Shown one piece after another: positions 17,979-27,422 of a DNA stretch of 56,372 nt (position 1 is its first letter; each line of letters opens with the position of its first letter). Below the pieces are notes generated by a model. That model saw only the letters and a program-made list of their open reading frames with translations, was not told the DNA's origin and searched no databases. A program made the position numbers and the translations under genes. This DNA comes from a virus (taxonomy: Duplodnaviria; Caudoviricetes), in IMG/VR virus record IMGVR_UViG_3300032893_000057, positions 1 to 56,372 of that record. The stretch is one strand, 5' to 3'.

Positions 17979-18200
17979 ATGGATGGCAGCGGGAGCAAGG
18001 CAGTCGTCGTTGGCCTGACGTTGACGGTGCTCGTGCTGGTGGCCGCCCACGTGCGGGGCGCGCTCTGGCACCGCCTGCTGCTGATGGCGGTCTTTACGGC
18101 CGCCGCCTACGTGGCGCTGATGACGCTGCGCGCCGTCGTCCGGGACTGGTGGTTCTGGCGCCAGACCGCCCGCTCCTACCGCCCCCGGCGCAAGCGATAG
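17979..18200 (+). CDS. Small membrane protein
   Basis: Two hydrophobic helices; basic tail; SD. Confidence 0.7.
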   Translation: MDGSGSKAVVVGLTLTVLVLVAAHVRGALWHRLLLMAVFTAAAYVALMTLRAVVRDWWFWRQTARSYRPRRKR

Positions 18201-18212
18201 GGAGGCCGCACG

Positions 18213-18500
18213 ATGGAGGACGGGCACGAGCCCGAGGCCGAGCAGCAGATGCCCGGCCCGCAGCAGATGGTCCAGGTGCCCCAGTGGGTGACGGTCGGGA
18301 TCCCCCCCTTCTGGGACCCCCACCTGCCAGCGAACTACGCCTTCATGAAGGTCCCCGGCGTCGAGCAGGGCGGCAAGCCGTACTACGCGCTGCGGCTCAT
18401 CTTCAGCGGCCAGATGATCGTCATCCCGTTCAACCACGAGGCGGCGGTCAACCTGGCGAGGGACATCCAGCAGGTGACTTCGGGGCTGATCCTGCCGTGA
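18213..18500 (+). CDS. Hypothetical protein
   Basis: SD GGAGG. Confidence 0.75.
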   Translation: MEDGHEPEAEQQMPGPQQMVQVPQWVTVGIPPFWDPHLPANYAFMKVPGVEQGGKPYYALRLIFSGQMIVIPFNHEAAVNLARDIQQVTSGLILP

Positions 18501-18601
18501 GGTGGTGGGACTACGCCCTGCCCTGGCTCGGCTGCCTGGCGCTGGTGCTGGCCGGGTGGCTGCTCGTGGCGGCCGTCGCCTGGGCCGCCGTCGTCCTAAC
18601 G

Positions 18602-18627
18602 CTCAAGTTCGGCTGAGGCCTGCCGAT
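18602..18627 (+). promoter_or_regulatory. sigma28/FliA-type promoter (leadered transcript)
   Basis: CTCAAG-N14-GCCGAT upstream of the surface-protein gene. Confidence 0.65.
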
Positions 18628-18678
18628 ACGTCTTCCCGCAACCACCCCATCCACCCACATAAGGAGCTACCCACAACC

Positions 18679-19608
18679 ATGCACCACCGCACTGCTCGCC
18701 TGATGGCGGCGCTCACCCTCGTCATCGGAGGGCTCGCGCTGGGATCGGTCGCGCTCATCGCGACCGCTGTCCCCGCGTCTGCCCACACCGGGGCGATCTC
18801 CATCACGTGCGACACGATCACCGTGTCGTTCGACCACTTCCCATCCGGCCACAACACCGCCACCGTCGTGATCAACGGCGGCGACCACACGGCGTCGTGG
18901 TTCGGTTCCTCGGGGACCTACTCCACCGCCCGACCGCACACCGCCGTCACCGTGTCCGCCTCATGGACCGCCGATGGTGGCGGGTCCGCGGGCCCAGTCT
19001 CGAACTCGGGGAGCGACTGCCCGTGGCACCAGACGACGACCACCGTGCACCCGACCACCACGACTGAGAAGCCGGGGTGCGAACCGGACGACCACGACGG
19101 AGACAAGCCGGACGACTGGTGCCCGACCACGACGACGAAGCCGCCGACGACCACCGTGCCGCCGACGACAGAGCCGCCCACCACGGCACCGCCGACGACA
19201 GAGCCGCCGTGCCCGACGACGACCACCGCCGAACAGGTCTACGGCCTGAAGTTCGCGGCGGTCGAATGCCCGCCGCCGACGACGGTCCTGCCGCCGCCCA
19301 TCCTGACGTGCGCGAACGTCCCGGCGTTGTGCCCGACGACCGTGCCGCCCACGACGGAGCCTCCGACCACGGTCGCCCCGAGCACCACGGTCGCCCCGAC
19401 GTCGACCACGACGCCGCCCGTGTCGCTCATCCCGCCCGTGTCGGAGGTCAACCCGACACCCACCACGACGGCCCCCCCGGCTACGGAACTCGCCCACACG
19501 GGCGCGCCGCTCGGGCTGCCGCTCGCGGTGGCGGGCCTGCTCATCAGCGTCGGCACCGCCCTCGTGCGGCCCCGCTGGCTCGTCGCCCTCGTGCGGGCGC
19601 TCCGGTAA
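18679..19608 (+). CDS. Secreted Pro/Thr-rich cell-wall protein with LAXTG sortase signal
   Basis: Signal peptide ending ASA; beta-rich domain; PTT repeats; LAHTG + hydrophobic helix + basic tail. Confidence 0.8.
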   Translation: MHHRTARLMAALTLVIGGLALGSVALIATAVPASAHTGAISITCDTITVSFDHFPSGHNTATVVINGGDHTASWFGSSGTYSTARPHTAVTVSASWTADGGGSAGPVSNSGSDCPWHQTTTTVHPTTTTEKPGCEPDDHDGDKPDDWCPTTTTKPPTTTVPPTTEPPTTAPPTTEPPCPTTTTAEQVYGLKFAAVECPPPTTVLPPPILTCANVPALCPTTVPPTTEPPTTVAPSTTVAPTSTTTPPVSLIPPVSEVNPTPTTTAPPATELAHTGAPLGLPLAVAGLLISVGTALVRPRWLVALVRALR

Positions 19609-19847
19609 TGCGATGCGGACCGCGCACCGTCTCGACCTCGTCGACCGGGGCGCGGTCCACGTCCATCGCTGGACCCCCCACCTGCTCGTGCGGGTGGGTG
19701 GGGGTCCACCGGAAGACCAAGCGCAAGGCGGCCTGGGAGTGGCGCCAGGACCACGTCCGGCGGGCCATGCGTGATGTACGCCCTCGGCGGGCACCACGTG
19801 CCCGGCCGCTGACCCCAATCGACAAGCTGCCGGAGGAGTTGCGATGA
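19608..19847 (+). CDS. Hypothetical basic protein
   Basis: TAATG overlap; CSCGW...W..H. Confidence 0.6.
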   Translation: MRCGPRTVSTSSTGARSTSIAGPPTCSCGWVGVHRKTKRKAAWEWRQDHVRRAMRDVRPRRAPRARPLTPIDKLPEELR

Positions 19848-20677
19848 CTGACATCACGCCCATGTCGGAGGAGGGGGCGCTGCGCGCCGCCCGCGAGCTA
19901 TCCGACGAGGAGATCGACGACCTGGTGCGAGCGCACCTGACCGACGCCATCATGGTCGGTGCCGCCCTCACCGAGCGCAAGGAGCGCGGGACCTGGAAGG
20001 CGTCCCACACCACCTGGGAGACGTTCTGCCAGGAGACCTACGGCATCACCCGGGTGACGGCCTGGCGCAAGATCCAGCAGCACCGCGCCAACCGGGAACT
20101 GCCCCAGGGCACCCAGCCGTCCAGCCAGCGCAAGGTCCTCGACGCTCGCTCGACCGAGAAGAAGGCGGCCGAGACCCCGGCCCCGCCGCCCCCTGCACCC
20201 GAAGAGCCTCCCGTCGCGCCGCCGCCTGCGAGCGTGCCGGTGCACGACCCTCTCGCGAGCCTCCAGGATGACCTCGACGAGATCGCCGCCGAGGACGAGC
20301 AGGCCGACGTGATGGCCGCTCTCCGGGAGGAGAACGCGTTGCTCCGAGACAAGGTCAAGGAACTCCAGGGACGGGTCCAGAGCCTCCTCAGGGACCTCAA
20401 CGCCCGCCCGGCGCCTGACACCACCGCCCAGCCCATCAGGACCTCTGAGGCCGCCAGGCTGGCCGATGCGGTGCTCTTCATGCCGGTGCTGCTCGACCTC
20501 GACCCGGACTCGGTCGCCTTCACCATCGAAGACACCGAACTGCGCTGGTCGACGGCCAAGCGGCTGCGGCGCTGGGTCGATCGCTTCGAGATGGCGGCCA
20601 AGGGCTTCACCGCCCCGCCCGAGCGCTCCGAGACGGTGACGCCCAGGTTCAAGGAGCGCGACAAGCCCAAGGGGTGA
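19844..20677 (+). CDS. Phage protein with N-terminal helical domain and coiled coil
   Basis: G.AL.E......W...H.TWE.FC.E.YGI. Confidence 0.75.
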   Translation: MTDITPMSEEGALRAARELSDEEIDDLVRAHLTDAIMVGAALTERKERGTWKASHTTWETFCQETYGITRVTAWRKIQQHRANRELPQGTQPSSQRKVLDARSTEKKAAETPAPPPPAPEEPPVAPPPASVPVHDPLASLQDDLDEIAAEDEQADVMAALREENALLRDKVKELQGRVQSLLRDLNARPAPDTTAQPIRTSEAARLADAVLFMPVLLDLDPDSVAFTIEDTELRWSTAKRLRRWVDRFEMAAKGFTAPPERSETVTPRFKERDKPKG

Positions 20678-20796
20678 TTCGTCCCGACATGGTCCGATCA
20701 TCACAGTGCGAGGCGCTCTGACCGCTTAGCGCTTGTGATACCGAGGTAGACCCACTACGCTCAGCGGCGACAACCGCCGACCGTGAGGAGAGGGTC

Positions 20797-22176
20797 ATGT
20801 CGGAGAGGCGTCATAGTCGCCGAGCGCGGCGCCGTCTGAGGCGTCGGATCAGGGTCATCTGCGGCGTGCTGGCGATCACCGGCACGGTCGTCTTCGGCAT
20901 GGCCTCGACCGCTTCGGCGACGCCCGAGGCCTGCGCCTCGCGCACGGCTGCTCCGGGCGACACGATCAGCCAGTTCGTCTACGACTGGGGCCTCTCCTGG
21001 CGCAACCCCCTCGACGTGTGGCGCGTCGCCCAGGCCAACCCGGCGATCACGAACCCCAACTCGCTCGCCGTCGGCGAGGTCGTCACCGACTGCCCCGCCA
21101 CCGCCACGGCCAACCTGGCCGTCCCCGTCGTCACCCACGGGCTCCAGCCCGGCGAGTCGCTGCGCTCCCTGGAGTCGGGCGCGACCGGCGACTGGCACTG
21201 GCCGATCCCGGAATGGGTCCTCGCCCAGGCGAACCCTTCGCTACCGTCCCCAGATGCCGGGACAGTGGGCGAAGTCGTGCGCCTCCTGCCCGGCGCGTCA
21301 CCGGCCTTGGCCCAGGCCCAGACGCCGCCGCCCGCCCCGGCCGTTGTGAGTCCCCCTCCAGCGGCCGGGGCACCCTCGATCGTGCGTGCCGTCCCACTGG
21401 CGCCCGCACCCGCCCCGGTGATCGTGCTGCCGCCGACGACCTCGGCGCCCCACGTGACCGTGGACAACGGCCCGGCCATCGTCACCTCGTCGCCGACGAC
21501 CGCGCCGAGCACCACCGAACCCCCTGCTCAGCCCGCGCCGACGGTTCCCCTTTTGCCCCCGGCCACGCTGCCGCCGGACCCCCCGAAGATCGTGGAGCCG
21601 TCTACCGACTCAACCAGTCCGTCGGATCCCGGCCCATCCGACAAGCAGAGCGCCCCGCCGACTACCGCCGATAATATTTCCCCCCCGGTCACGCCCCCCA
21701 CAACGGCCGCGCCCACGCCGCCGCCCGTGGCCGCCATCGGCGCCTTGATCCACCCGCACTACGCCGGGCCGGTCGACCCCGCCGACCCGAACGTGGTGGC
21801 CCACGTGTTCGCCGAGTTCGCCAAGGACGACCCTGGCGTGACGCCCCGCGGCGATGCCTGGATCGTCGGCGGGTGGGTCCAGGAGTCGGGGCTCAACCCG
21901 AACGCCGTCGGCGACGGCGGCGAGGCCCACGGCATCGGCCAGTGGCACGAACCGCGGACCTGCGGCGAGTCCACCGACCTGGACGCGCAGATCGCGTGCG
22001 GTGCCAACGAGATCATCCACAACTACCCGACGGTCCAGGCCGTGATCACCGATCCGAACGCCACCGACGGCGCCCTCGACCACGCCGAGAAGGTGTACGA
22101 GGGCTACGGCAAGGCCGGGCCGCGCGGTCGCTACGAGCGAGGCATCGCTGGTCAGGTGGCTGGGGGGAAGTCGTGA
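20797..22176 (+). CDS. Secreted peptidoglycan hydrolase: LysM-like repeats + Pro-rich linker + phage tail-type lysozyme
   Basis: Signal peptide; GDTIS...ANPAITNPNSL.VG; IVGGW.QESGLNPNAVGDGG.A.GIGQW. Confidence 0.8.
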   Translation: MSERRHSRRARRRLRRRIRVICGVLAITGTVVFGMASTASATPEACASRTAAPGDTISQFVYDWGLSWRNPLDVWRVAQANPAITNPNSLAVGEVVTDCPATATANLAVPVVTHGLQPGESLRSLESGATGDWHWPIPEWVLAQANPSLPSPDAGTVGEVVRLLPGASPALAQAQTPPPAPAVVSPPPAAGAPSIVRAVPLAPAPAPVIVLPPTTSAPHVTVDNGPAIVTSSPTTAPSTTEPPAQPAPTVPLLPPATLPPDPPKIVEPSTDSTSPSDPGPSDKQSAPPTTADNISPPVTPPTTAAPTPPPVAAIGALIHPHYAGPVDPADPNVVAHVFAEFAKDDPGVTPRGDAWIVGGWVQESGLNPNAVGDGGEAHGIGQWHEPRTCGESTDLDAQIACGANEIIHNYPTVQAVITDPNATDGALDHAEKVYEGYGKAGPRGRYERGIAGQVAGGKS

Positions 22177-22357
22177 GGCACTCCCGCCCCGACGACGACT
22201 TCGACGAGGCCCTGGACATCCTGAGCGACACGCGCCCGCCGTTCGCTACCCACCGAGGGCTCCTCGGGCGGCCTCCCCCGTCCGAGGAGCCTGAGGCTCT
22301 GCCCCCCGCGCGCCACCCCGGCGCGCGGCTCCACAGTCGCAAGCGAAGGAGGGACTG

Positions 22358-23143
22358 ATGAGCTACGTCCCGTTCTCAGCCGGGCGCCGCGGTGTCGGCC
22401 TGGGCGTGAAGCTGGCCGCCGTCGTGGCGGTCGCCGGGCTCGGCCTGGTGGGCCTGAACAAGCTGACCGGCTGGTCGCCCGTGCACGTCTCGGCGCCCCA
22501 CCTGCACATCCCGCCGGTCTCCCAGGACGTCACCGGGCCCTCGACCTCGACGATCATCCTCCAGCACATCCAGGCGCTCGGCGAGGTCCACGCTGACAAC
22601 GTCACGTACTCGTGGGGCAAGACCGTGTCGTCGCGCCACACGTTCCTCGGCGTCACCACGGGCACCGCCAAGCACACCGTGACCCTGGAGGCCACGGTGC
22701 CCGTCGCCGTGGACGTCACCCATGCCGCCTTCGCCATCCCCGCTCCGAACGAACTGGTCCTCTCCCTGCCTGCGCCCGTGCCCGGTACGCCCTCGATCGA
22801 CCCGGCCACTCAGCAGCAGGTCGACTCGTGCGCCCGCCACGTACCGATCTCGCCGCTCTTCAGCGTCAACCTGGCCCGCTCGTGCCCGGGCGACACGCTC
22901 GCCTACCAGGCCGAGGCGATCAAGGCCGTCACGGCCGAGGCCGCCCACGACACCGCCATGCTGAACGGCGCTCGCGCCCAGGTTGCGAGCCTGCTGTCGT
23001 GCCTGGTGGCGCCGACCGGCTGGCAGGTCCAGGTGGCCTGGACCGATCAGCCCGCTCCGGCCAGCTTCACTGGGGGCTCCTGCGCGACCCCGATGCCCAA
23101 CCGCCTGCCCGCCCTCCCGACCCCCACAACCGGCGCCCCGTGA
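22358..23143 (+). CDS. Membrane-anchored protein (DUF4230-like)
   Basis: N-terminal TM; IQALGE...V.V.VD...LSLPAP...A...L..AR. Confidence 0.55.
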   Translation: MSYVPFSAGRRGVGLGVKLAAVVAVAGLGLVGLNKLTGWSPVHVSAPHLHIPPVSQDVTGPSTSTIILQHIQALGEVHADNVTYSWGKTVSSRHTFLGVTTGTAKHTVTLEATVPVAVDVTHAAFAIPAPNELVLSLPAPVPGTPSIDPATQQQVDSCARHVPISPLFSVNLARSCPGDTLAYQAEAIKAVTAEAAHDTAMLNGARAQVASLLSCLVAPTGWQVQVAWTDQPAPASFTGGSCATPMPNRLPALPTPTTGAP

Positions 23144-23260
23144 CCCGCGAGATCTACGGCGGCGACGGGTTCTGCGATCACTCGATCGACGAGGAGCGCG
23201 GCGAATGCATCTACTGCGCCGCGGTGGTCGTCGAACCCGAGCTACCGCCGGAGGCGCCGG

Positions 23261-23644
23261 TCATGCCCGCACCCACGCCCCGTTGCTGAGGTCGACGACA
23301 CCGGCCTCGCTGAACCCGCGACGGCGCGCCTCGGCGTGAAGTAGGGCGGCGAAGTCGCTGCGGCGCAGGATCTCGACCTTGTCGCCGCTCGCCGTCAGCC
23401 GCACCAGCACGAACCGGCGCGTCGTGGCCGTGCGGAACGGCACGCCCCTGAAGCTGAGCGACCGGGACTCGGCCGCCTGCGCCGGGTGGCGGGCGAACGT
23501 CGGCGCGTGCTGGGCGCACTCGGCGAACGTCCGACCCCGCCGCGTGAACGTCACGACGGCGGGGCGGCCGCAGAGTTCGCCCGTGACGGCCGAGGGGCCG
23601 ATCGTGCAGAACACGCCGGGGATGATGGGCATCGGCTCTTCCAT
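23261..23644 (-). CDS. Hypothetical protein
   Basis: SD AGGAGGAG. Confidence 0.7.
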   Translation of the reverse strand: MEEPMPIIPGVFCTIGPSAVTGELCGRPAVVTFTRRGRTFAECAQHAPTFARHPAQAAESRSLSFRGVPFRTATTRRFVLVRLTASGDKVEILRRSDFAALLHAEARRRGFSEAGVVDLSNGAWVRA

Positions 23645-23652
23645 GGCTCCTC

Positions 23653-23847
23653 CTATCGGACGAAGACGAGGGACAGGCCGTGGACCTCGAAGAGTTCCGA
23701 GGCGCGCAGCCCGGCCGCCTTGGCCTCGGCGACCGAGGCGAAGTGCGGGTGCGCGGCCACGAACTCAGCCTGGCGCTCGCCGAGGGCGGCGAGGCGCGCC
23801 GTCAGCGTGGCTGCGTCGGTGGCGATGGGGCCGGGGAACGGTGTCAT
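23653..23847 (-). CDS. Hypothetical protein, sigma28-type promoter
   Basis: Promoter spacing. Confidence 0.7.
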   Translation of the reverse strand: MTPFPGPIATDAATLTARLAALGERQAEFVAAHPHFASVAEAKAAGLRASELFEVHGLSLVFVR

Positions 23848-23856
23848 GCCTCCTCT

Positions 23857-23942
23857 ATCGGCAAGCGCCCGTGCTCACTTGAGGGATCTACCGCGGTAGA
23901 TTCTTCCACGTGGCGCTCAAGTCCGTCAGCCCCCTTGCCGAT
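23857..23942. promoter_or_regulatory. Back-to-back sigma28-type promoters with a central 16-bp operator ATCTACCGCGGTAGAT (23886-23901)
   Basis: Minus promoter 23857-23883 and plus promoter 23916-23942, both N15 and both 9 nt from an ATG. Confidence 0.8.
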
Positions 23943-23951
23943 CATCAGGGC

Positions 23952-24167
23952 ATGGCTTCCCACACCGTCGAGTCCACCGCCGCCCTCCTCGTCGAGGCCG
24001 GGCTGCCCCCCGTCTTCACGGGGACGACCCGCTTCGGCGGGGCCCACTACTTCGCGGTCCGCACCCATGCGGCCAAGGCCGCGTTCCTCCTCCGCCGTGA
24101 GAGCCTCACGGCGACCGTCCGCCGCGCGCCCAACGGCCCGGCCGCCTTCGCGGTCGAGGTGCGGTGA
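23952..24167 (+). CDS. Hypothetical protein, sigma28-type promoter
   Basis: Promoter spacing. Confidence 0.7.
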   Translation: MASHTVESTAALLVEAGLPPVFTGTTRFGGAHYFAVRTHAAKAAFLLRRESLTATVRRAPNGPAAFAVEVR

Positions 24168-24364
24168 CCGTCACGTTCGCCGTCACGGTCACGCCCGACC
24201 AGGACGACCGCGACATGAGCGGGGACCTGGCTGGTCCCTTCCGGGAGCGCGTCGTGTACGTCACGGTGCTCGACGACGGCACCGCTGACCTCGCCGCCCA
24301 CGCCATCGTGGCCGCGACCTACCCCGACGGCATGGTGCTCGGCCTCGCCCCGGTGGCGATCTGA
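24164..24364 (+). CDS. Hypothetical protein
   Basis: GTGA overlap. Confidence 0.65.
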   Translation: MTVTFAVTVTPDQDDRDMSGDLAGPFRERVVYVTVLDDGTADLAAHAIVAATYPDGMVLGLAPVAI

Positions 24365-24558
24365 TGACGGTCCGGCCCTGCGCCGAGTTCGTCCCGCCGA
24401 AGCCCGGCATGAAGTACGGCGCCTACTGCGCCCGGTGCTGCTTCAGCCGCGTCGCCCATGAGCGCTGGGACGAGTGGACCGAGGCGGCGCAGATCACCGA
24501 ACGAATCGCTGCCGAGGGCTCAAGTCAGGCCCCGGACGTGCCGAAGGAAGAGGCATGA
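24364..24558 (+). CDS. Hypothetical protein
   Basis: TGATG overlap; C..F...CARC...H. Confidence 0.6.
   Translation: MTVRPCAEFVPPKPGMKYGAYCARCCFSRVAHERWDEWTEAAQITERIAAEGSSQAPDVPKEEA
24519..24545 (+). promoter_or_regulatory. sigma28/FliA-type promoter
   Basis: CTCAAG-N15-GCCGAA-N9-ATG. Confidence 0.8.
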
Positions 24559-24875
24559 CCAACACCTCCGCCGCCATCAACCGCCTGGCCGACCTCGTCC
24601 TGGCCCAGCAGAAGGCCCGCCTGGCCGACCAGTACCCCAACTCGCCGTGGATGGCCGAGTCCGAGACCGTCCAGGTCGTGCCCGGCCGCAAGTACACGAA
24701 GATCGACGTCGGGCCCGCCCACAACATGAGCGGCCGCTACATGGTCGACAACGTCACGGGCGAGATCTTCGGGATCAAGGGCTACGGCGTCGTCCACAAG
24801 GGCCACCGCTACGGCACGCTCGACACGATCGAGGCGTGGAACTGGGGCGGCTACACCGCCCGGCGGGTGGCGTGA
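24555..24875 (+). CDS. Phage hypothetical protein
   Basis: GRKY.KI...YMVD..TGEIF..KGY....G.L. Confidence 0.8.
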   Translation: MTNTSAAINRLADLVLAQQKARLADQYPNSPWMAESETVQVVPGRKYTKIDVGPAHNMSGRYMVDNVTGEIFGIKGYGVVHKGHRYGTLDTIEAWNWGGYTARRVA

Positions 24876-25120
24876 TGCCCCGCTGCCTCGTGGTCGACCT
24901 GGGTGCTGCCACCGAGATCGGCGTCCGCCTCACTGCCGACGCCCTCGTCGCGGCCGAGACCCCCAACGCCGAGCAGGTCGGGCTGATCGCCGTCGACACC
25001 GACGGCGACTGGATGGGGACCGTCGTGATCCGCACCGACGACCCTGTGGCCGCGGCCGAGCGGGTCGGCGCCATGATGCTGCCCGCCGTCGTCGGCTGGC
25101 ACGTCGAGGAGGAGTTCTGA
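24875..25120 (+). CDS. Hypothetical protein
   Basis: Coupled ORF. Confidence 0.65.
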   Translation: MPRCLVVDLGAATEIGVRLTADALVAAETPNAEQVGLIAVDTDGDWMGTVVIRTDDPVAAAERVGAMMLPAVVGWHVEEEF

Positions 25121-25401
25121 TGGGACTACGTGAGCGCCGCGAGCGCGACACGGCGGCGTGGGTCAGCAAGCGCAACGGCTGCTGGTTCATCCAGGTGACC
25201 GGCGAGCAGGCCATGGATGCGTCGCCGGAGGAACTCTTCGACTGCGCCTCCTCGCTCGCCGCTGCCAAGCGCATCGCGCGCAAGATGGCCGCCGAGTTCG
25301 GCTTCGCCGGGGCTGCGCGCTGGGACGAGGAGCAGCCGGGCCGCCTCTGGGTGCTGGAGATGACCGAGGTCGGCGAGGAGTACGACGGAGAGGACGACTG
25401 A
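25120..25401 (+). CDS. Hypothetical protein
   Basis: Coupled ORF; SD. Confidence 0.7.
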   Translation: MGLRERRERDTAAWVSKRNGCWFIQVTGEQAMDASPEELFDCASSLAAAKRIARKMAAEFGFAGAARWDEEQPGRLWVLEMTEVGEEYDGEDD

Positions 25402-25703
25402 TGCCCTACCGCCCGGGCGACTTCGCCCACACGACCAGCCCGTTCCGCACCCGGGCGCTCCTCGCCGAGACGCTCAACAAGGCTGCGGCGAACGACGCGC
25501 TCATCCTGGAGACCGCCAGCGGGTCCGACAGGTTCCTCTCCTTCCGGGTGGTGCGCCAGCCGAAGCCGGGCCTGGGCCGCAAGGAACTGTTCCGGGTGGT
25601 GACCGGCGAGGGCTTCCCCATCGAGGTCTACGACGGCCCGCCGCGGCGCAACACCCGCCTGCCGCTCCGCAAGGCCCTCAACCGAGCGGAGACGGCCCGG
25701 TGA
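25401..25703 (+). CDS. Hypothetical protein
   Basis: Coupled ORF. Confidence 0.7.
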   Translation: MPYRPGDFAHTTSPFRTRALLAETLNKAAANDALILETASGSDRFLSFRVVRQPKPGLGRKELFRVVTGEGFPIEVYDGPPRRNTRLPLRKALNRAETAR

Positions 25704-25891
25704 GCCCCGACCGCCTGGCGAAGCTGCGGGCGCACGCCGCCGACCCGGCCTGCACCTCGGCCGAGCGCGCCGCCTTCACCCGCAAGATCGAGCAGGCGAC
25801 GCGCGTCAGCCGGGCCTACGGGCTCTGCCACCCGTGCATGAGCTACTCCTGCGACCACGCCATCGACCAACCGAGAGGATGGACCGCATGA
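25700..25891 (+). CDS. Hypothetical protein
   Basis: GTGA overlap. Confidence 0.6.
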   Translation: MSPDRLAKLRAHAADPACTSAERAAFTRKIEQATRVSRAYGLCHPCMSYSCDHAIDQPRGWTA

Positions 25892-26139
25892 GCAGCACCC
25901 CTTCCGACGGCGTCTCCGGTTCGGACTCCCTACGTCGCGCCGACTGGACCACCGCCGAGACGGTCGACGTCACGCTGACGTGGCAGGAGATCGCCGACCT
26001 GCGCCATGCGCTCCAGACCGTGGCAGGCGCGGGTGCGTCCGCCCGTCAGTGGGAGCGGTACGCCGTGCTGGAGGCCCGCCTCAGCGAGGCCCACCAGCGG
26101 CTCCCGAACCCGCTGGACACCCACCTGCCGAAGCCGTGA
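25888..26139 (+). CDS. Hypothetical protein
   Basis: ATGA overlap. Confidence 0.6.
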   Translation: MSSTPSDGVSGSDSLRRADWTTAETVDVTLTWQEIADLRHALQTVAGAGASARQWERYAVLEARLSEAHQRLPNPLDTHLPKP

Positions 26140-26375
26140 GCGACGGCCGCTCACTCCCGCGCTGCCGCGGCCGGGTCGACGTCGGGCTCGGGATGACCGA
26201 CAGGTGCATCCTGCGGTACCGCCACCGCGGCCCCTGCCGTGTGGAGCCCCCCGACCCAATCGACCACGCCGCCGAGATCGGCCGGACGGTCGGCGGCCGC
26301 CAGACCTGCGCCGTCTGCGACCACGTGATCAACGTCTCGGTCACCCACGTCTGGCCGCCCGAGAAGCCCGGCTGA
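26136..26375 (+). CDS. Hypothetical protein
   Basis: GTGA overlap; C.L...H.G.C. Confidence 0.55.
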   Translation: MSDGRSLPRCRGRVDVGLGMTDRCILRYRHRGPCRVEPPDPIDHAAEIGRTVGGRQTCAVCDHVINVSVTHVWPPEKPG

Positions 26376-26404
26376 GGCCCCAGGCGGGCGTAATCTCCCG
26401 GGGC

Positions 26405-26671
26405 GTGCGGCCCCTGGATGAGCGGCTGATGGTCCGCCGGGCGGTCCTCACCGCCCGGCTGCGGCCCTCGTGGCAGGGCGTCGCGATCTTCATCGGCCTG
26501 GCGCTGCTCGCTGGCCTGCTCGGGATCGTGGCCTACAGCCTGGTGGAGGCCGGGGGCGGCGGTGCGGCCGCGGTCGCCACGGTCACCATCCTGATCGGCC
26601 TGGTCTCGACACTGGCCGCGGTCGCCTCGGTGGTGGTCAGCTACCTGGCCTGGCGCCACCCGCACGCCTGA
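26405..26671 (+). CDS. Two-TM membrane protein
   Basis: Two long hydrophobic helices; TAATCT -10 eight nt upstream. Confidence 0.65.
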   Translation: MRPLDERLMVRRAVLTARLRPSWQGVAIFIGLALLAGLLGIVAYSLVEAGGGGAAAVATVTILIGLVSTLAAVASVVVSYLAWRHPHA

Positions 26672-26673
26672 GC

Positions 26674-26695
26674 CGCGTTACGCGCGCGTAACGCG
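26674..26695. repeat. Perfect 22-bp palindrome CGCGTTACGCGCGCGTAACGCG (copy 1)
   Basis: Lies between convergent genes; same core at 32848-32869. Confidence 0.9.
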
Positions 26696-26700
26696 AGCGC

Positions 26701-26943
26701 TCACTCGACGCGCTCGTCCGTTCCGATCGAGTAGGCCCCCAGGTCGCCCCTGAGCGCCTCGGGGAGGCCGCCGGGCACATCCACCGTCAGGACCAGCGTG
26801 CGGCCGTTGTCGGCCAACTCAGCGGCCGTGATGGTGCCTGGCGTGGCACCGACCTTCGTGGTCTGGCCGACCAGCTTGCGCGCGGCCAGCGGCGTGACCA
26901 CCTCGTGGGCCCCGAGGGGCGAGCGGAGCGTGAACTCGGCCAT
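26701..26943 (-). CDS. Hypothetical protein
   Basis: TGATG coupling. Confidence 0.65.
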   Translation of the reverse strand: MAEFTLRSPLGAHEVVTPLAARKLVGQTTKVGATPGTITAAELADNGRTLVLTVDVPGGLPEALRGDLGAYSIGTDERVE

Positions 26944-27200
26944 CAGCGGGCCAGCCAGTTGAGCACGGTGGTGAGAGCGGTGCACGAGACGAGCGTCCAG
27001 AGCGCGATCTGGACATAGCGCTTCTCGTGCACTTCCTCGGTCAGCCAGCGGATTGCCGGGTTCCTCGGCGTGGTCTCGACCCAGCCGTCCTCGGGCGGGG
27101 CCACGTACTGCACCAGGCGCTCGTCGACCGGCTCGCGCAGGCGCAACGTCGACGGCGGTTGCCCCGGCTGGCCGTCCTTCCTGAACGTCCTCGTCGCCAT
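26943..27200 (-). CDS. Hypothetical protein with C-terminal TM
   Basis: SD GGAGGAGG. Confidence 0.7.
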   Translation of the reverse strand: MATRTFRKDGQPGQPPSTLRLREPVDERLVQYVAPPEDGWVETTPRNPAIRWLTEEVHEKRYVQIALWTLVSCTALTTVLNWLAR

Positions 27201-27422
27201 CCCGTCGCCTCCTCCGCCCGATGGGTCTACCGCAGTATACGCAGGCGTGCTGTACAGTCTGCGCCCCATGGCGCCATGCTGGCCGGAGGGCACTGGACCG
27301 ACGATCCCCGCGACCGGGGCGGGGCTCGATAGGTCGCCCGAGGCCTCGGGTGAGAGCCCCCCGGCCAGCCCGCCAGACCCCTCGCACCGTCCTGGCTGCC
27401 GCCGTCCTGGCGGGCGGATAGC

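Noticed and set aside
19125-19480. Tandem CCGCCGACGAC-type repeats as a CRISPR or DNA repeat element
   Set aside because: They simply encode the Pro/Thr stalk of the surface protein; there are no constant repeats with unique spacers.
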